NCBI GenBank assembly: GCA_028023455.1 | Contig: JAQFVV010000003.1 | Location: 26,350,001-26,414,000 of the forward strand | DNA length: 64,000 nucleotides | Source of the DNA: Epiperipatus broadwayi | Taxonomy: Eukaryota > Animalia > Onychophora | Direction: 5' to 3' | Shown: positions 1 through 13,900 of the stretch, piece after piece | Position numbering within the stretch: the first letter of the stretch is position 1 | Layout of the letters: each line of letters begins with the position of its first letter | Translations under genes and position numbers: made by a program | The notes under the pieces: generated by a model | What the model was told of the DNA's origin: nothing | The model's input: only the letters and a program-made list of their open reading frames with translations | Database searches by the model: none

Positions 1-1767
1 TGTATATATTTTTATGTATATGTTTGAGATGTGCGCCTAAATTATAAAATTTAATGTTTCAATAACATGTTTTAAAATTATTATTAATTCTTTTTATTAA
101 TTATTAGTTTTTTTATCAAAGTATTATAGATGCGGCTCAAATATATACATAGGAGCAAAACTTACTAACAAAATATTGATGTTTTTAAATATTTATTATA
201 TGTCATTTTTAAAATTGCTTGTTTTTCTATTAAACTATATATTTTTTTATAAAATCCAATATGGAAGATGCAAGTGTTGTTAATTATCTAAAAATAATTA
301 GGGGTTGGAAGCACTATTGTGTTAATCTGGGGAAGATATTTTTTTAATTAAAAGTTTACTTAAAATAAATGGGATTAAGTAGATTAAAGATTTACTTGTG
401 TTAAAAACATGTTGTCAAATCTATTTCTAATCTGGAAATAGATTTGAATTTATTTTTGGACGTTATCTTACAATTGCATCTTCAAAAACAACTGATAAAA
501 GAAAAAGTATAAAATGACTGAATTTTGAATCACAAAAGAGATTAGCTACTTTTAGAGAAAGGTATTATAAACACATTTCGTTTTGCTTGAAACTTAAAAT
601 GATGTAGCAGTAAATCCACCCTCTTGCTGACCCTAGTGGGTCAGTCTTCCCACTAATGTACCATCTAACTGCTGCCCTGAAAGAAAGTAAAGATCCGATA
701 AAGAACTTTAGAATGCTAATAGAAGTTTCCGGCCACCGAAGTACTTGCATTTCAATCGCCGTGCCATACTTTAAAATGGATTCTTAAAATTACAAGGTAA
801 ATTTCCAAGCCGCCACCTAATAGTCAATTTAGTCTAAATAATCTATCAAGATCTCTTCTCATGTATTCTTTAACTTTGCCTTTATATATATATCTGTGAA
901 TGTAATTTTGCTCTCAAATAATTTCTTTATATCTAATCCTATCTCATATGCTCTTAACTTTTTAATTTTGGTGCAGTCATTTATTTATATATTATTTGAT
1001 TTATATATCTGCTTGCTTATTAATATGTCAATCTAAAACAATCTGACGAATTGAATTTTCTAAAAATCCTTTCTTCTTTTTAAGTAAGCCTTCATGAATC
1101 AAGTTTATTAACGTCCTCTTAAAATATAACGTATTATTAATTAATACACTCGCCAGATTGTTTTACGTGCCAACATTTTATTTATTATAAAAATATATTT
1201 GTTTAATTCTGGATTTTCTACCTTGTGTAAATCCAGAACTTAAGCTAATTAACGCTTTGAAATCTTATAAAATATTATTTATTTAATTCTAAAAAAAAGA
1301 TGACTTAATTGTTATATATATATATAACTGCTAGTTATTTTTTTTATACTCTTAAAATATATGCTATGTATTCCAGTTATTGTAAAATCCACAAAGGTGG
1401 AATTAAATTGTTTTAAATAGTGGGAAAGGGAAGGGGGTGAATCTTAATGTTTGTTTTACTAAATCAAATCTTAACATGTATTTTATTAATTTGAAATCTA
1501 AATCTTAATGTATCTTTTGCTATATAAAATCTTTAAGTATATTTTAAGTAAATGAAATGTAAATTTCTCTATATATATTATAATTGCATGGCGTATTATA
1601 GTATTCAAACAAGGGTCATTTATTTTAAAGCTGTAAAATTTATTCAATGTTGTTAGTGACATTCATTCGTACTGCGTTTCTGTCATTTAGCCTATCTTCG
1701 TTCTATATATACGTGCTTCTTAATCTGGGGGTTACGATGAGTTCGAACCCATAGATTTCTTCTCAAG

Positions 1768-1955
1768 TCTTCGTATAAAAATGCCTCTGGCAGTGATCCT
1801 GTAAGTTTGGCACACGCTATGCATATTCTTTCTTCGTATAAAAGGCCACTGGCTGTGACCCATAAGTCTGGCACATGCTATGCCCATCCATTTCTTCATA
1901 TAAAAAGGCCTCTTGCGGTGAGCCATAAGTTTGGCACACGCTATGTCCATCCATT
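1768..1955. repeat. 3 x ~63-bp tandem repeat in a GC-richer, CpG-retaining, probably TE-derived patch
   Basis: Unit tcttc(g/a)tataaaa..gcc.ctggc.gtga.cc.taagtttggcacacgctatg recurs at ~1768, ~1831 and ~1893. Confidence 0.85.
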
Positions 1956-3098
1956 TCGTTTTTCATCCAGAAGCACGACCTTTTCCTCTTAGTTATTTTT
2001 AGGCTATTATGTCAGGACCGCAAACTTCTTCGAATTATTATTATTTCTTTTGCTTCATGACCCAGTTTAATGCTCTAATATTAAAATTAAGCTTTGCTTA
2101 AAAGATATATATAAATGCCAATTACTTCTATTTTATTAATTAAGCTTATTTTAATCATATACAATCTCACCGTCGTAATTTATATATCTATTTAAGAGTA
2201 TATGCCTTGGGAAAAATAAAGCATTCATCTTACTATTGTTAAATGATTTTCATTAAATATTTTGTCATAGTTCAAATATAATATTTTAACTGTCTTTTGT
2301 TTATCTTCATGACCTCAATGGCGTGAAAATAATTTATATCATATGTATAATGAATTTCGGAACACTCCTAGAAATATATACATTAGTCATCATGTTTCAG
2401 AACAGTAAATCAAAGCGTTAATGGCAGTATTATGTAATTCTTTCTAATATCTGATTGGCATCTTAATATTGGACCCACCAAAGATGTGTGTTTATTTGTA
2501 AGATATTATTTAGCTAATAAAGAGCATATGAGAAATAATAGCGTGAATGACACTATGTAATTATCTACCGCTTGCTCATTCACGCACATACTAATGTATT
2601 TAATTTATAAATGAATATAAATAATTTTTCATTATATTAAACTATATTTTATTGTCTAACTTATTTGAGTAGTTTGAATTCCTTTTCCTCCACTTCCACA
2701 TATTACAGCCATGCTTATATATCTTTTAGTTTAGTCATAGTAATAGATGTCTCATTGTCTTCTTCGCTCTCCTAGTCGGCCGGATTTAAAATTAATTCTC
2801 ATGTGCTATCACTATTATGTGATTCATTAGGTGTTTGATCTGAGCTTATGGAGTGGGTTCGAATTCAGGCTGGTCCCTGACCTAAATCTTGGGCTTGACT
2901 GGATTTGAAGTACATTTTGTGAGTTCCAGCTCATGTTAGATGGATAAACATATTTTGACTGGCACAGTACATTATGTGTATTATTAACAATATCCAACTA
3001 TAAATTTACATTGAAAAATAAATGGTGCTTGCCACCTGGTTGAAAAAATAAATGGTGCCCACCATCTGGCCAATATTATAGAATGTGCTCTTAAGTGC

Positions 3099-3118
3099 AA
3101 AAAGGTTGGGGACCCCTG
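3099..3118 (-). mobile_element. Isolated hAT (Charlie-like) terminal inverted repeat
   Basis: aaaaaggttggggacccctg is the reverse complement of CAGGGGTCCCCAACCTTTTT, a typical hAT/Charlie MITE terminus; partner TIR not found. Confidence 0.4.
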
Positions 3119-3949
3119 TCTTACTGTATGTAAACCATGCTCTGTATATAAGTATGTCAGTAAATGGTATGCTTATATGTGATCAAAGCTAAGTATAGGT
3201 TGGTTCACTGTACATTTTACATTTATTGACAGTTTACGTATTGCTTGCTGGGGATTTCCAATACTGCCACATTATTTTATCTATATTTGAGCATTTAGAA
3301 AGTTATATTTAAATTATAAAATAGAAATTCCTATTTATCATGATTGATTGGTTTTGGAAATATGAATGGGTGATCAGGGCTCAATGTTTTATAAAAATAA
3401 TGATAATAATAAATTCAAAATTTGCATACTTATTTCACTTTAGTTTTTTTTTTTTTAAATATCAACTTGATTGTTTGTCTTTTTGTCCATAATTTTTGAA
3501 ATTAGTTTTACCAATAACAATTTTATATTCAAATTTGAATTTTGCTTAGAAAAGTTTGTTTACTTTGAAGTAAAACTTATCTTAACAAATTTGTGTTCAA
3601 ATTTGAAAGTCTAAAATGTTGGTCTATATATATTGAAACAGACACGTTGTTTCACGAATATATCTTAAAGAGTTATTTTCCTCTTCTACCTAAAGTGATT
3701 GATTAAAGTAAAAAGGATGTATATAAAAGCAACCAACTTTTCAATAATCTTATAAAAAACAGTAAAATGTTTCAATTTAAGAGAAGAAAAAGAAAATCAT
3801 TATTTTAAATAATAATTAAGAGTTAAAAAAAAGATAAATCTTCATTATTGATTTTTATAATTTTTAAATCATGAAATAAATACATCTTTAAGCAGTTAAA
3901 ACTGGCATTTATTAAAGTATTATATATTTTAATTTTGAGCATATGTTGA

Positions 3950-4500
3950 AGACAAAATGTAATAATTGCTGCCTTGTTTTCCAAATTTGATAATCTGCCT
4001 AATTCCTCATCTGTTCCTGCTAAAACTAAAATATCCAATTATCAAGAAGAGAAAAACTCAGGCTTAAATGAAAGCTGTTTGACAAATCAGATACAGTGAA
4101 GTCATGCTAAATTAATCCAGAGAATTAATCAGGGTATAAATAGTGGAGTTTGAAGTTAAAAAAAAGTTCTATCTATGTGTTGTTTAGCTGTTTAGTTGCC
4201 AAGTGATTTTAGTGCAGAGTCACCTTTGGAATATTATATTTTCAGCCACACAGCTTATCCCAGCTGAGAAATCTAGTTTTACTAAGTGTGAACCCTACAG
4301 TTGTTGGATGTTGAAAAGTATTAATATGGGAAGCATAAGGATGATAGGCTAATCAGTAATAGCTTTCTATCTACAGCCATGAATCTCCAGACCATGCCTG
4401 GGTGAATATGCATAAAAAATAAATAATGCCATTCAGCTTAAATAAACCAACCCCTTTTTGAAATGCAATAGAGACTTGTAGTGGATGAACACACCGGATG
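3950..4500 (-). mobile_element. Decayed non-LTR retrotransposon RT fragment (R4/RTE-like)
   Basis: Minus-strand frameshifted IFQGDS-like motif near 4230, followed by DILVLAGTDEEL resembling the segment after the YxDD motif. Confidence 0.35.
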
Positions 4501-4529
4501 ATAATGAAGATAATGATCTTATAAAGAAT

Positions 4530-5260
4530 AAATACTTATATGTTTATAATCAAAAAACATCTTTCTTGAAATAAATCATAAATGATTATATTTTTATATG
4601 CAAATACATTTTTATTAGGATAAATCATAAATGCTTATATATTTTATATACCAAATACATCTGTGTGGATATAAAAAATAAATACTTTAGAATCAAAATC
4701 ATCTTTCTTGAAATAAATCATAAATGATTATATTGTTATATGCAAATACGTTTTTATTAGGATAAATCATAAATGTTTATACATTTTGTATACCAAATAT
4801 GTCTGTGTGGAAATAAAGAATAAATACTCATATTTTTATATGCAAATACGTTTTATTGGGGATAAATCGTAAATACTTAGATGTCTATAATCAAAATGCA
4901 TCTTTAATGAAATAAATCATAAGTGATTATCTTTTTATATGCAAATATGTCTGAATTAAAATAAAGAACAAATATTTATATCTGATATGCAAAATACGTT
5001 TGTATGGAAATAACTCATAAATACTTATATATTTGTATACAGTATACATCTTTATTGGAATAAATCATGAATACTTATATTTTTATATACAAAATATGCA
5101 TTTATTGGAATAACTCATGAATACTTATATTTTAGACACATGTTATGTCTGTATCGAAATAAATCCCAAATACTTATATGTTTATAACCAAAACGTCTTT
5201 AATGGAATAAATCATAAATGATTATATAAACAAAATATGTCTGCACTAGTATAACTCATA
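4530..5260. repeat. Degenerate ~47-bp AT-rich minisatellite with ~142-bp trimeric higher-order unit
   Basis: Recurrent ataaatcataaat(g/a)(a/c)ttata..tttata..caaa..; catctttcttgaaataaatc at 4558 and 4700. Confidence 0.85.
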
Positions 5261-8200
5261 TATCCCACATATATCAATCTGAATGAAATATAAATGTTAT
5301 ATGATTAAGGTACGTCTATAGATGGTGGAATAATAAATGTTATGTACAAAGCACGGATATACTGGGAACGATTAGAAGTGCTTAAGAAAATAATACACAT
5401 CTATAAGAAAAGGAATTACAAATGCTTGTCAGTAAAATACAGCTGTACATGGATCAAGGAATAATATTTGAATCACAACTAAAGAATTAAAGGACACCGC
5501 GGATAAATACATCACCAATGAGAGTAACTGATCAATGGAACCAAAGAAAATATGTGCATACCAGAAAATGGATTCTAAAGATGAACTATATAAAAAATAA
5601 ACTAATGATAAACTTTATGGGATTATTGTCCAAAATAACTATGGAGAACTAATGATCTTAACAAATGTTATGGAATAAATTTGTTGTTATATAAAACCAA
5701 TACAGCTGTTCATGTTGCATCACTTGTCATTCATTGCACTTGTTCACGAGAATCTCATGCCTCCTGAGCTAGACGTAGGTAAGTCAGATTGTAGTGAGAT
5801 GGAACTCTAGTGGTGCCATTTGGGGAAACCAAACATACAAATTTCTAGGTGTTTCTAGTCTCTATGGTACTACATCCTCTGATGAGCAGGAAATGTTGTA
5901 GGTGGAGTGATGTCTGTATTGGGGAATGCCAATCGATGGTCCCTTCTTACAATATGCTCATCAGGAAATAGTTACAACTGAGGTAAAGAGGTTGTATGGG
6001 GTGTCTGGTTACAAAATATTAACCTTGTAATAAAGATTTGACAATATTTCTTAATATCTAACTGCTGTTATATTTATGAACTAATGGTTTGTATTTTTTT
6101 TAATGTTCTATGCACAACCAAACATTGTTGTTGTTCAATTCTTTAAAACTGAAAATTATTTCATTTAATTTTTTTGTTATTGAGAAATATAAAGTTTTCA
6201 ACTTTTGTCTCATGGAAATTAAAATTTTGTTTTGATGTTTAATTACCTTCAGCAATCTGAATTTATTTAATCTAGATAGACTTTATGTTCTGTACAGAAG
6301 CATGTGATATTATTAAGAATTTTTTAATTTTTTATTATATTATGAATGAGAGTATTTAAGTGTCCTATAAGCCATTAATTTTTATAATGTAAAATATGAA
6401 TTAATATTATTAATGATATCTTTGTATAATGTATGAAAGAGAAAAGTAACAGTAGTCGCCATTATGTAATTAACTATTCAAATCACATGCATCAGCATTT
6501 GTTAACATTTGTCAATAAAACATAAATCATGCATTTGCAGTGAAAAAAAAAAATCAAATATAATTTAAAAGAAATTAAATAAATTAAAATACCTATAACA
6601 TAAAATATCTTTCTATCATTAAACATAAAAATTTTAATTTAAAAAATAGAACATAATAATAAAATAAAATGCAAAACTAAAATTTATTTTGATTTTTTTA
6701 AAAAATATTTTTTGATTTTATATATATATATAGCCATATTTAACAACTGCAGTTTGTACTTTTGAATAAATTATTTATTTTCATCAATACTAGACAAACG
6801 ACAACCCCAAACAAACATAATTTATTTGAGACATGGGACAAAATATAAACTATTATGAATGTCTTTGAATTATTGTCATACTATATCAGCACAGGTTTTG
6901 TCAGAGTGAATTTATTAAAATACTGCATCCACTATGACAAAGATGCCCCAATGGTGGAAAATATTATCCGAGCATGTATTTTACATGTATGCTTTATTCA
7001 AAAGACCAGCCAAGATAATGCTTGATTTTTTTTTTTTTTTTAAAGACTTACAAGTATGAAAATATTATATAAATAAAACAAAAATATGAATGCATTAAGG
7101 GAAAGCACTACTTTCCTGCTTCTATGGACTGCATGCTAAATAATTCTGTATGATTTCTTTTACCATAGCAAATTGTATTCTTTGCTTTCAATTGTTTACT
7201 TTGGCAGTCATCATCTCTGTTTTTTTCATTTCTGATAATGTCTAATTTTTACAATTAAGCTGCAAATATAACACTTTGTTTTTAAGAAAATATTGATGTC
7301 ATATGGTAGTTATAGAAAATCTATTTATTTAAATTGAAAATCTCAGACTTGTCAATCAAATGTTATTAATCAATTTACAATATCTTTAGATAAATTGTGT
7401 TTGATTTAAATAGTCATTCTTTTTGGCCTAAATGTTTTAGACAATGACAGATCATTATTTTCTCATAAATATTACTGACTTATGCTGTACCTAGAGAATA
7501 TTTCCATTACCTATTATAATTATGAGTCTTAATCTTGACTTGTTATATCTATAAATATGTACATAATATGATAACAATAAAAATAACTATTGTATTTTTA
7601 AATTACTTGTAATTAATGTGTGTGAAAGAGATTTTGTGCATTACGAACAGCTTTATTTTATGATTTTCAGATTTTCAAAATTTTTTTCACATTTTCCCTT
7701 AATTACAGTTATGACATTGCAGTACTGTGTTCAGTGAAGACTAAGGTCAAGAGAATTTTTTATATAAAAATATTTTTTAATTAATAAAAATTATATATTG
7801 TTATCATCATTATTATATTTTAAAGGATTTTATTCTACTAAATTTACTTACAATTTTTTCTTTCTCCACATGCAAAGCAGTTGGATATAAAATATAAATA
7901 TAGGATGAACTAATGGAAACAAATTTTTTACGTGTGGCTTACAAGATTTAAATATTTATATCTATTTTTTATATATAAAATAAAAAAGACATTGCACATA
8001 ATTATTATTACTTATAAAATAAGCTTTTATTTTCACTTTACACATTACATACAAGAGACTCGTGTAATAATGATGAAATATCTACCTACCATATCCATGA
8101 TTAGGTTCATATCCAGGCCAAGAAAACTTGAAATTTTTTTCAATATAATTTTTTTTTCAGGAAGTGGCCAATAGTCAGTGCAATTAATCATCAGTCATTG

Positions 8201-9539
8201 GTCAGTAAATGAATATCTAGCTATTATTAGTTAGATGGAAAACTATCAAATTCTCACCACCTAGCTATTAATATGCTTGATGGTACTGCCTTTTCCTTCC
8301 CCATTTTTCTATGAACTATGAAGAAATGTTTGGGAGACCTTTACTTTGCAAATGGGCTATCGAAGATGTCTAACTCTTATTTACCACAATACTCATAGTA
8401 TTGAAAATATTACCTTGAAAATATAAAAAGGTAAGTCAATAAATAGATTGTAAATGGCTTATAAAAATCTAAAACAAATAAAGTATACTCAAAAAAAATT
8501 TTATTTCTTGATTTAAATATCCACTGACTTTATATACTTATCCCATAATTTTATCAATACCTTTGAAATTAAAACTGCAAAGTTTTTTGCTTCAATCAAT
8601 TGTACACAATTTTTTCAACCTATTTAATTATCCATAAAATGTTTCTCACTAAGATATTCGTTTAGAGATCATTTAGAGGACTTAGCAAAAATGCTTCTTT
8701 GCAAATATTATTTTTGCTCATAAAAATTCTATAACAGTATTTCAAATATAGTTGCCATTTATCTGGCATTAAACATGTGTAATCTGAAATCAAATAGATT
8801 TTATACTTATTAATGCACATGAAAAATGTATGTTATAATTTCATTTATTATTTCATTCTCTGACTTTTTGCTGTGTGTATATATATAGATGAATCAGTCA
8901 AGTACTATTAACAAATAATATAATTTCAGTTTATAATGTCAGTTTTAATCTATACTATGCTGGATTATATCATAGATGTTAACTTTAAAAATTGCAAGAT
9001 GAAATTCCATTAAATTATCAACATTTATTTCTAAAATGCTGTAAAAATCTTTTAATTATTATATATAATTATTTATGGCACAGTCTTATTTATTTGTGAA
9101 AATATTTAAGAAATTGAGATATTCCACTTCTGGTTAAAGATAGATTTGACAAATAATATTACTAAATGGCATAATTTTAGTTTGTGTATGTCATAGCTAA
9201 GATTAAACTAAAATACATTGTGAAATCTTGTGAATATATCAATATACATATGGGTGTCTTTTAAAGAGCATAATGGCATTGTGATTATTGCATTCACTTG
9301 GATTGTTATGAACTATAAGCAGGATTAAAATAATTTGTATTAAGTAACTGGCCTGTAAGCAACTAGCTAGCATCCAGTATTGCTTAGTCAAATGTTTTCT
9401 TTCAAAAATAACTTTTATTAGTTAAAAGATTACCAAAATTTTCAGGTATACTTACCCGTTGATGATTACAAAGTGTTCAATGTTACAAGGTAAAACAATT
9501 ATCGACCAGGTTTATAAAAAGTATATACGCTCAATAACA

Positions 9540-10900
9540 ATTATATCCATAAAAGGGTTGCTATAATGTTGTTTAATGTGTATCTGTACATGGGTCTACA
9601 TGGCCCAACTGCTGAGAAGTCATCCATTGCCCAATGATCCCCATCCCTGGGGCCTCAAAGTGAAGGCCCAAATGCTTCAGCTGAATAGGTAGACATCCAG
9701 CATTGCACCAACCACCATAACAGGTAACAAGGTCCAAATCCCAAGGCCATTAGACATTAAATCCTTGACCACAGCCAATCCCATTCCAGGTACCTCTGTC
9801 TCCCAATTTAACAGTCCAAATGGGCAGGGACCACTTTCAATCTACCTGCCCCAAATTGGAATGCTAATTGGGGAAAAACTTAACAAGTGATGATCACATA
9901 TCTTCACTGCTCAAAAACAATCCATCAAGGGAGTGCAGCAGCCCATCAGAGTGGAAATGGTGCTGAAAACTTTGACCCTGTATCCTTCTTGCAGGTTTTC
10001 CTGGTAGTGGCAATAATCATCAATAGTCTACACCCATAAACCAGGCCCCAACAACCGTCACCATCAATCCCTGAGGAAGAAATGAGGAGTGCAGACCCAT
10101 GCCCACAAATATTACAACAAACCTCCATCAATTTTAGAAAGATATTTATAGCGGGAGTGTCTAGTATCCATCATGTCAACTGAATTTGTCTGTGGTTATG
10201 TTCTTGATAAAAGAATTTTTTCCCTTTATTCCTTAAATTTCCCAATCCTTATTAAAAGTTATTCGTTGAGTGATTTCGGTAAAATGGTTGATTGTTCATC
10301 TTCCTCATCCGTTAAATCCAATATATTATCATAAGCCTCTTGCATAACGTTATTTATCCCATACTTCTATTCCCTCCAGTTTTTACTGCCTTTGCATAGA
10401 TTTTCATTTTTGATTGTAATGCTTCTTCATACTTGAATTCTTGGTTATTAACATTAAATAAGTTGTTTGACTTTCTTCTCTCATTAGTTATAAATTAGAT
10501 TTTATAGTTTTGTTCTTACTAATCGGTTTCACTTTTTAGATAACATTGTTTTCAATTTTAAACTTTTTGAAGCCTTCAATGACATTCACTTCATTTTTCC
10601 TTTGTGATATTTTGGGTGACATATAGTCCAAATCACCTGAAGTGATTTCTTTGTTAACTGGATTCTCATCTTCCGTCAGTTGTTTATTTATACTGCTGTT
10701 TTCTTGACTCGCATTTCCCCCTCTATTTTGCACTTGACTTGAAATGTTCTCTGCCATCTTTGTTTTCATAACTATGTCATTTAAAACCTTGTTGCTGTTA
10801 GAAAATTAAAAATTTTCTTCATTTTGATAGCAACACTTAAAGGTAATGAGCTTACCCTCAGTTTGGCTTCAAATATTACAGTGAAGCTTCATTATCCTTT
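9540..10900 (-). mobile_element. Possible decayed 5' end/ORF1 of a LINE
   Basis: Low-complexity N/K/E-rich ORF 10536-10769 starting at aagatggc, adjoining a GC-richer block; no diagnostic motif recognised. Confidence 0.25.
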
Positions 10901-13900
10901 TTTAAATCCATCTAATATAGGGGACCTGAAACCAACATTGTATTCCTAGAGCCACTAGGTGGCACACTCTGGTCAAATGTTTTATAACAAAGAAGTTGAA
11001 AAATATGTATAATTGTCTGAAACAAAGATTATATACCAATGATTTTGAAGGAATAATAAAGTCTGCTGACAAGTGTATCAAAATTTGGAGGAATTTACAT
11101 CAAGAAATAAATGAGTTTTGGGTTAGTATCTAACTATTATTAGTATTTGGAGGGTAAAATCTGATAATACAAATTAATCTGTGTTATTTATGATGTGTGT
11201 TGATATGTGCGGACTGAAAAACAAATAATATGATTGCAATTTAGATATGGTTTCATCAAATGTGAAGGAGGTAGTATGTTTCTATAGGTACTGAGCTCTG
11301 GATTTATCTTTGCCTTTAATTATATATATAATAGATTCAATATTATTAAATATATATTTATTTTTAATCTGAAACAAATGAAAGTATTTAGGTAATATGA
11401 TCAATTAAAAGCTTTTGATTATTGTGTTTGATAGTTTGCCATTGTTCCCATTTTCATAATTTATTTAAGCTTTTTGTATTTAGAAATGTATTTACAAATA
11501 CACACATTTATATATATATACACACATATAGCTTTCATAATTTTTAATATTCTATTAATTCTAAATAAGATATTGTTGAATTACACAATAACCTAAATAA
11601 AGTTTTCTGAATTGCATTTTAAAAAGCATCCTTAATAAGCTGTGATGGATAAATTATATTGTATTAAAAATCATACAAAGTGTTTGTAAGAATTTCTGTA
11701 AAAATAGTTTTATAATGTTATGGTTATTAAATTGTTTTATCTATAATAATAAAAAATAGCGGAATAAGTAGCTGTAACAAGTATCTAGTAAAAATGATTA
11801 CAAAGGAATCGGTGGAAATTAATAAAATTTCCCAGTAAAGAAGTTGCTGTAGGCTATAATATATTTTTTTAAAAATAATTTCCCTATCATTTCCTTATCC
11901 TTTATAGAGTATTTTTCTTTTTTGTAATACAGTTCTTCCGTTAGGGAAAAAAATACTCATCAGGGGCTATTATTTCAATTTTTTTATTATCTAAGTAACA
12001 ATTTACACATACTTATATATGATGTGTACATCCATATATATATAAATAGATAAATGATTAAATAACTGAAGATTCTTAGATCGAAACTCCACCTCTTATT
12101 TTGATATTCCAATGCCACATGACTTCCTGAGCAATATTTATTTGTTTTTATTATTATTATTATTAATACTGTTTGATATTTTTAGGCCATTTTTGAATAA
12201 TATAAAAGTTTGTTATCTCCACTGGCATCTATCATAGAACATGATTCTTACTGAGAAATAGCTTTATTTTCCTCTAGACACTCATCATATAATTCCATCC
12301 CATACAGAATATTAGCAGTTTTGGAGAAAGTATTGGGTTTACACCACATTAAAAAATGATATTACAATGGTTCCTGTTATAGTGTTCAACATTTTGTGTT
12401 TATACTTACTAAACAATTGAACAGTTTATTGCTCAGGAGTTCATGAAAAGTTTGATAACTAGAACTGACCGTTGAACCATAATCTTCTTTTACTTAATGT
12501 TTTCTATTGTGTCATTCAGTACAGACAATTTTCATATTTATTGGATTGAAAATGTGGTTGGAAAGTTGCTCATGCTCCAAGAAAATCTATTTATCTTCTG
12601 GGTTATTTTTGGCATATTCTGATGGGTATATTTGCCCTAAACTCCCCATAATATACTGATTTGCAAGCAATGTTACTACATTCAATCTAGTACACTGTTT
12701 GAGGTGTTTTATCCTCAGGTACATGTGTTGGTGCAGATAGAAAATGTAAAGTAAAAAAATGTTTATTGCTAATAACAACTATGCCATTAATAAAAAAAAG
12801 AAAATAGTGTCCAACTCTCCAAAAAATGGAATATGTAAATCATTAATTTAAATAAATTAGCATTTGCATTTAAATACTATAACATATCCAGACATCTATG
12901 AATGCTATAATTCTGGCTTCACTGGCTGAAATTGCACTCAGCTACAATTAACAAACTAAATTGAATAAACCTTTACCTATTCAATGTTCAAAACATTGAA
13001 ACTTTATTATTCACCATAATAAAACAATTTATTATAATGAAACAATTTATTCAAAAAATTATCTAGGTATATTTTGCATTTTAAAATCTTTTCAATGTAA
13101 ATAATTACAGTTATGTACTTATTTAGATATTAAAGCATTCTGAAAGCTATTTAGGAAGGAAATGTCATTGCAAGAAAAAGAAAGAAAATGCAGAATGATC
13201 CTAATTGGGATATTCTTAAGAAGTATTGCTAACATACAGTTAATAATATGATGAATAACATCTACTTTTTTTATATTTGTTTATACTGGGGATAATTAAT
13301 GGACTGCCATTTTAAAACTCACTTAATTTTTATTCAAAATCACAATAAATGATGTCTAATGTTAGAAAGTCAACTGAGCCTAGTAGAAATAATCCTTCAA
13401 GCATCTAGAAGCAAAAATTCTTTAGAGGAAAATGTTTTTTAGAAATGATTACTAGAAAAAGTTTGGTATGGTAAAGATATACACAGCAATTTAGCCCACT
13501 GTTAAAAGTTGTATACTTAAAATAAGTTATAGCATCCCTGGATCAATTCCTACCTGAAGTACTAAAACAAGTGAATGGAAATATTTTGCCTAATGTATCA
13601 TATTGGTGTTCAAATGTCACATGATCTTAATAACTAATTATGTTATAAGTAAATTAATTAATGCAATAGTAATAAGTGTGTATATACTTGTAAGATAATC
13701 AAACTAGAGTCAAAAATATTTTATGTTGTTATTCTTCTATTATGGTATAGAATAAGTACAGCTTTGAGTATTTTTTATCTTTTTGTTCTGAAATATGAAC
13801 CCAGTAAAAGCAGTATGTTTAAAAAAGAACTTCCTTGGCATGTAATTTTAATAAGCTACTACTGATATTCTCCAAATTGCTGTAGAATAATGTCATGCTG

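Noticed and set aside
2840-2880. B-box gggttcgaattc (also an A-box-like stretch at ~34240)
   Set aside because: No cloverleaf; at most very old SINE debris
5330-5760. Possible L1 post-RT fragment (DGGIINV..KA..W)
   Set aside because: A single weak motif, too decayed to call
5870-5910. ctgatgagcaggaaa as a hammerhead (similar text at ~43405)
   Set aside because: No stem II can form and there is no properly placed NUH or stem I; probably chance or a too-decayed remnant
6880-7010. Harbinger-like VENIIRACILH motif
   Set aside because: Short, with no catalytic motifs or TIRs
8161-8430. Candidate exon with good splice sites (ttttcag / gtaagt)
   Set aside because: Stops in all three frames; could be a non-coding exon but cannot be supported without RNA data
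9452-9480. acccgttgatgattacaaag resembling the start of the 26.5-kb HHR
   Set aside because: No GAAA or stem III downstream
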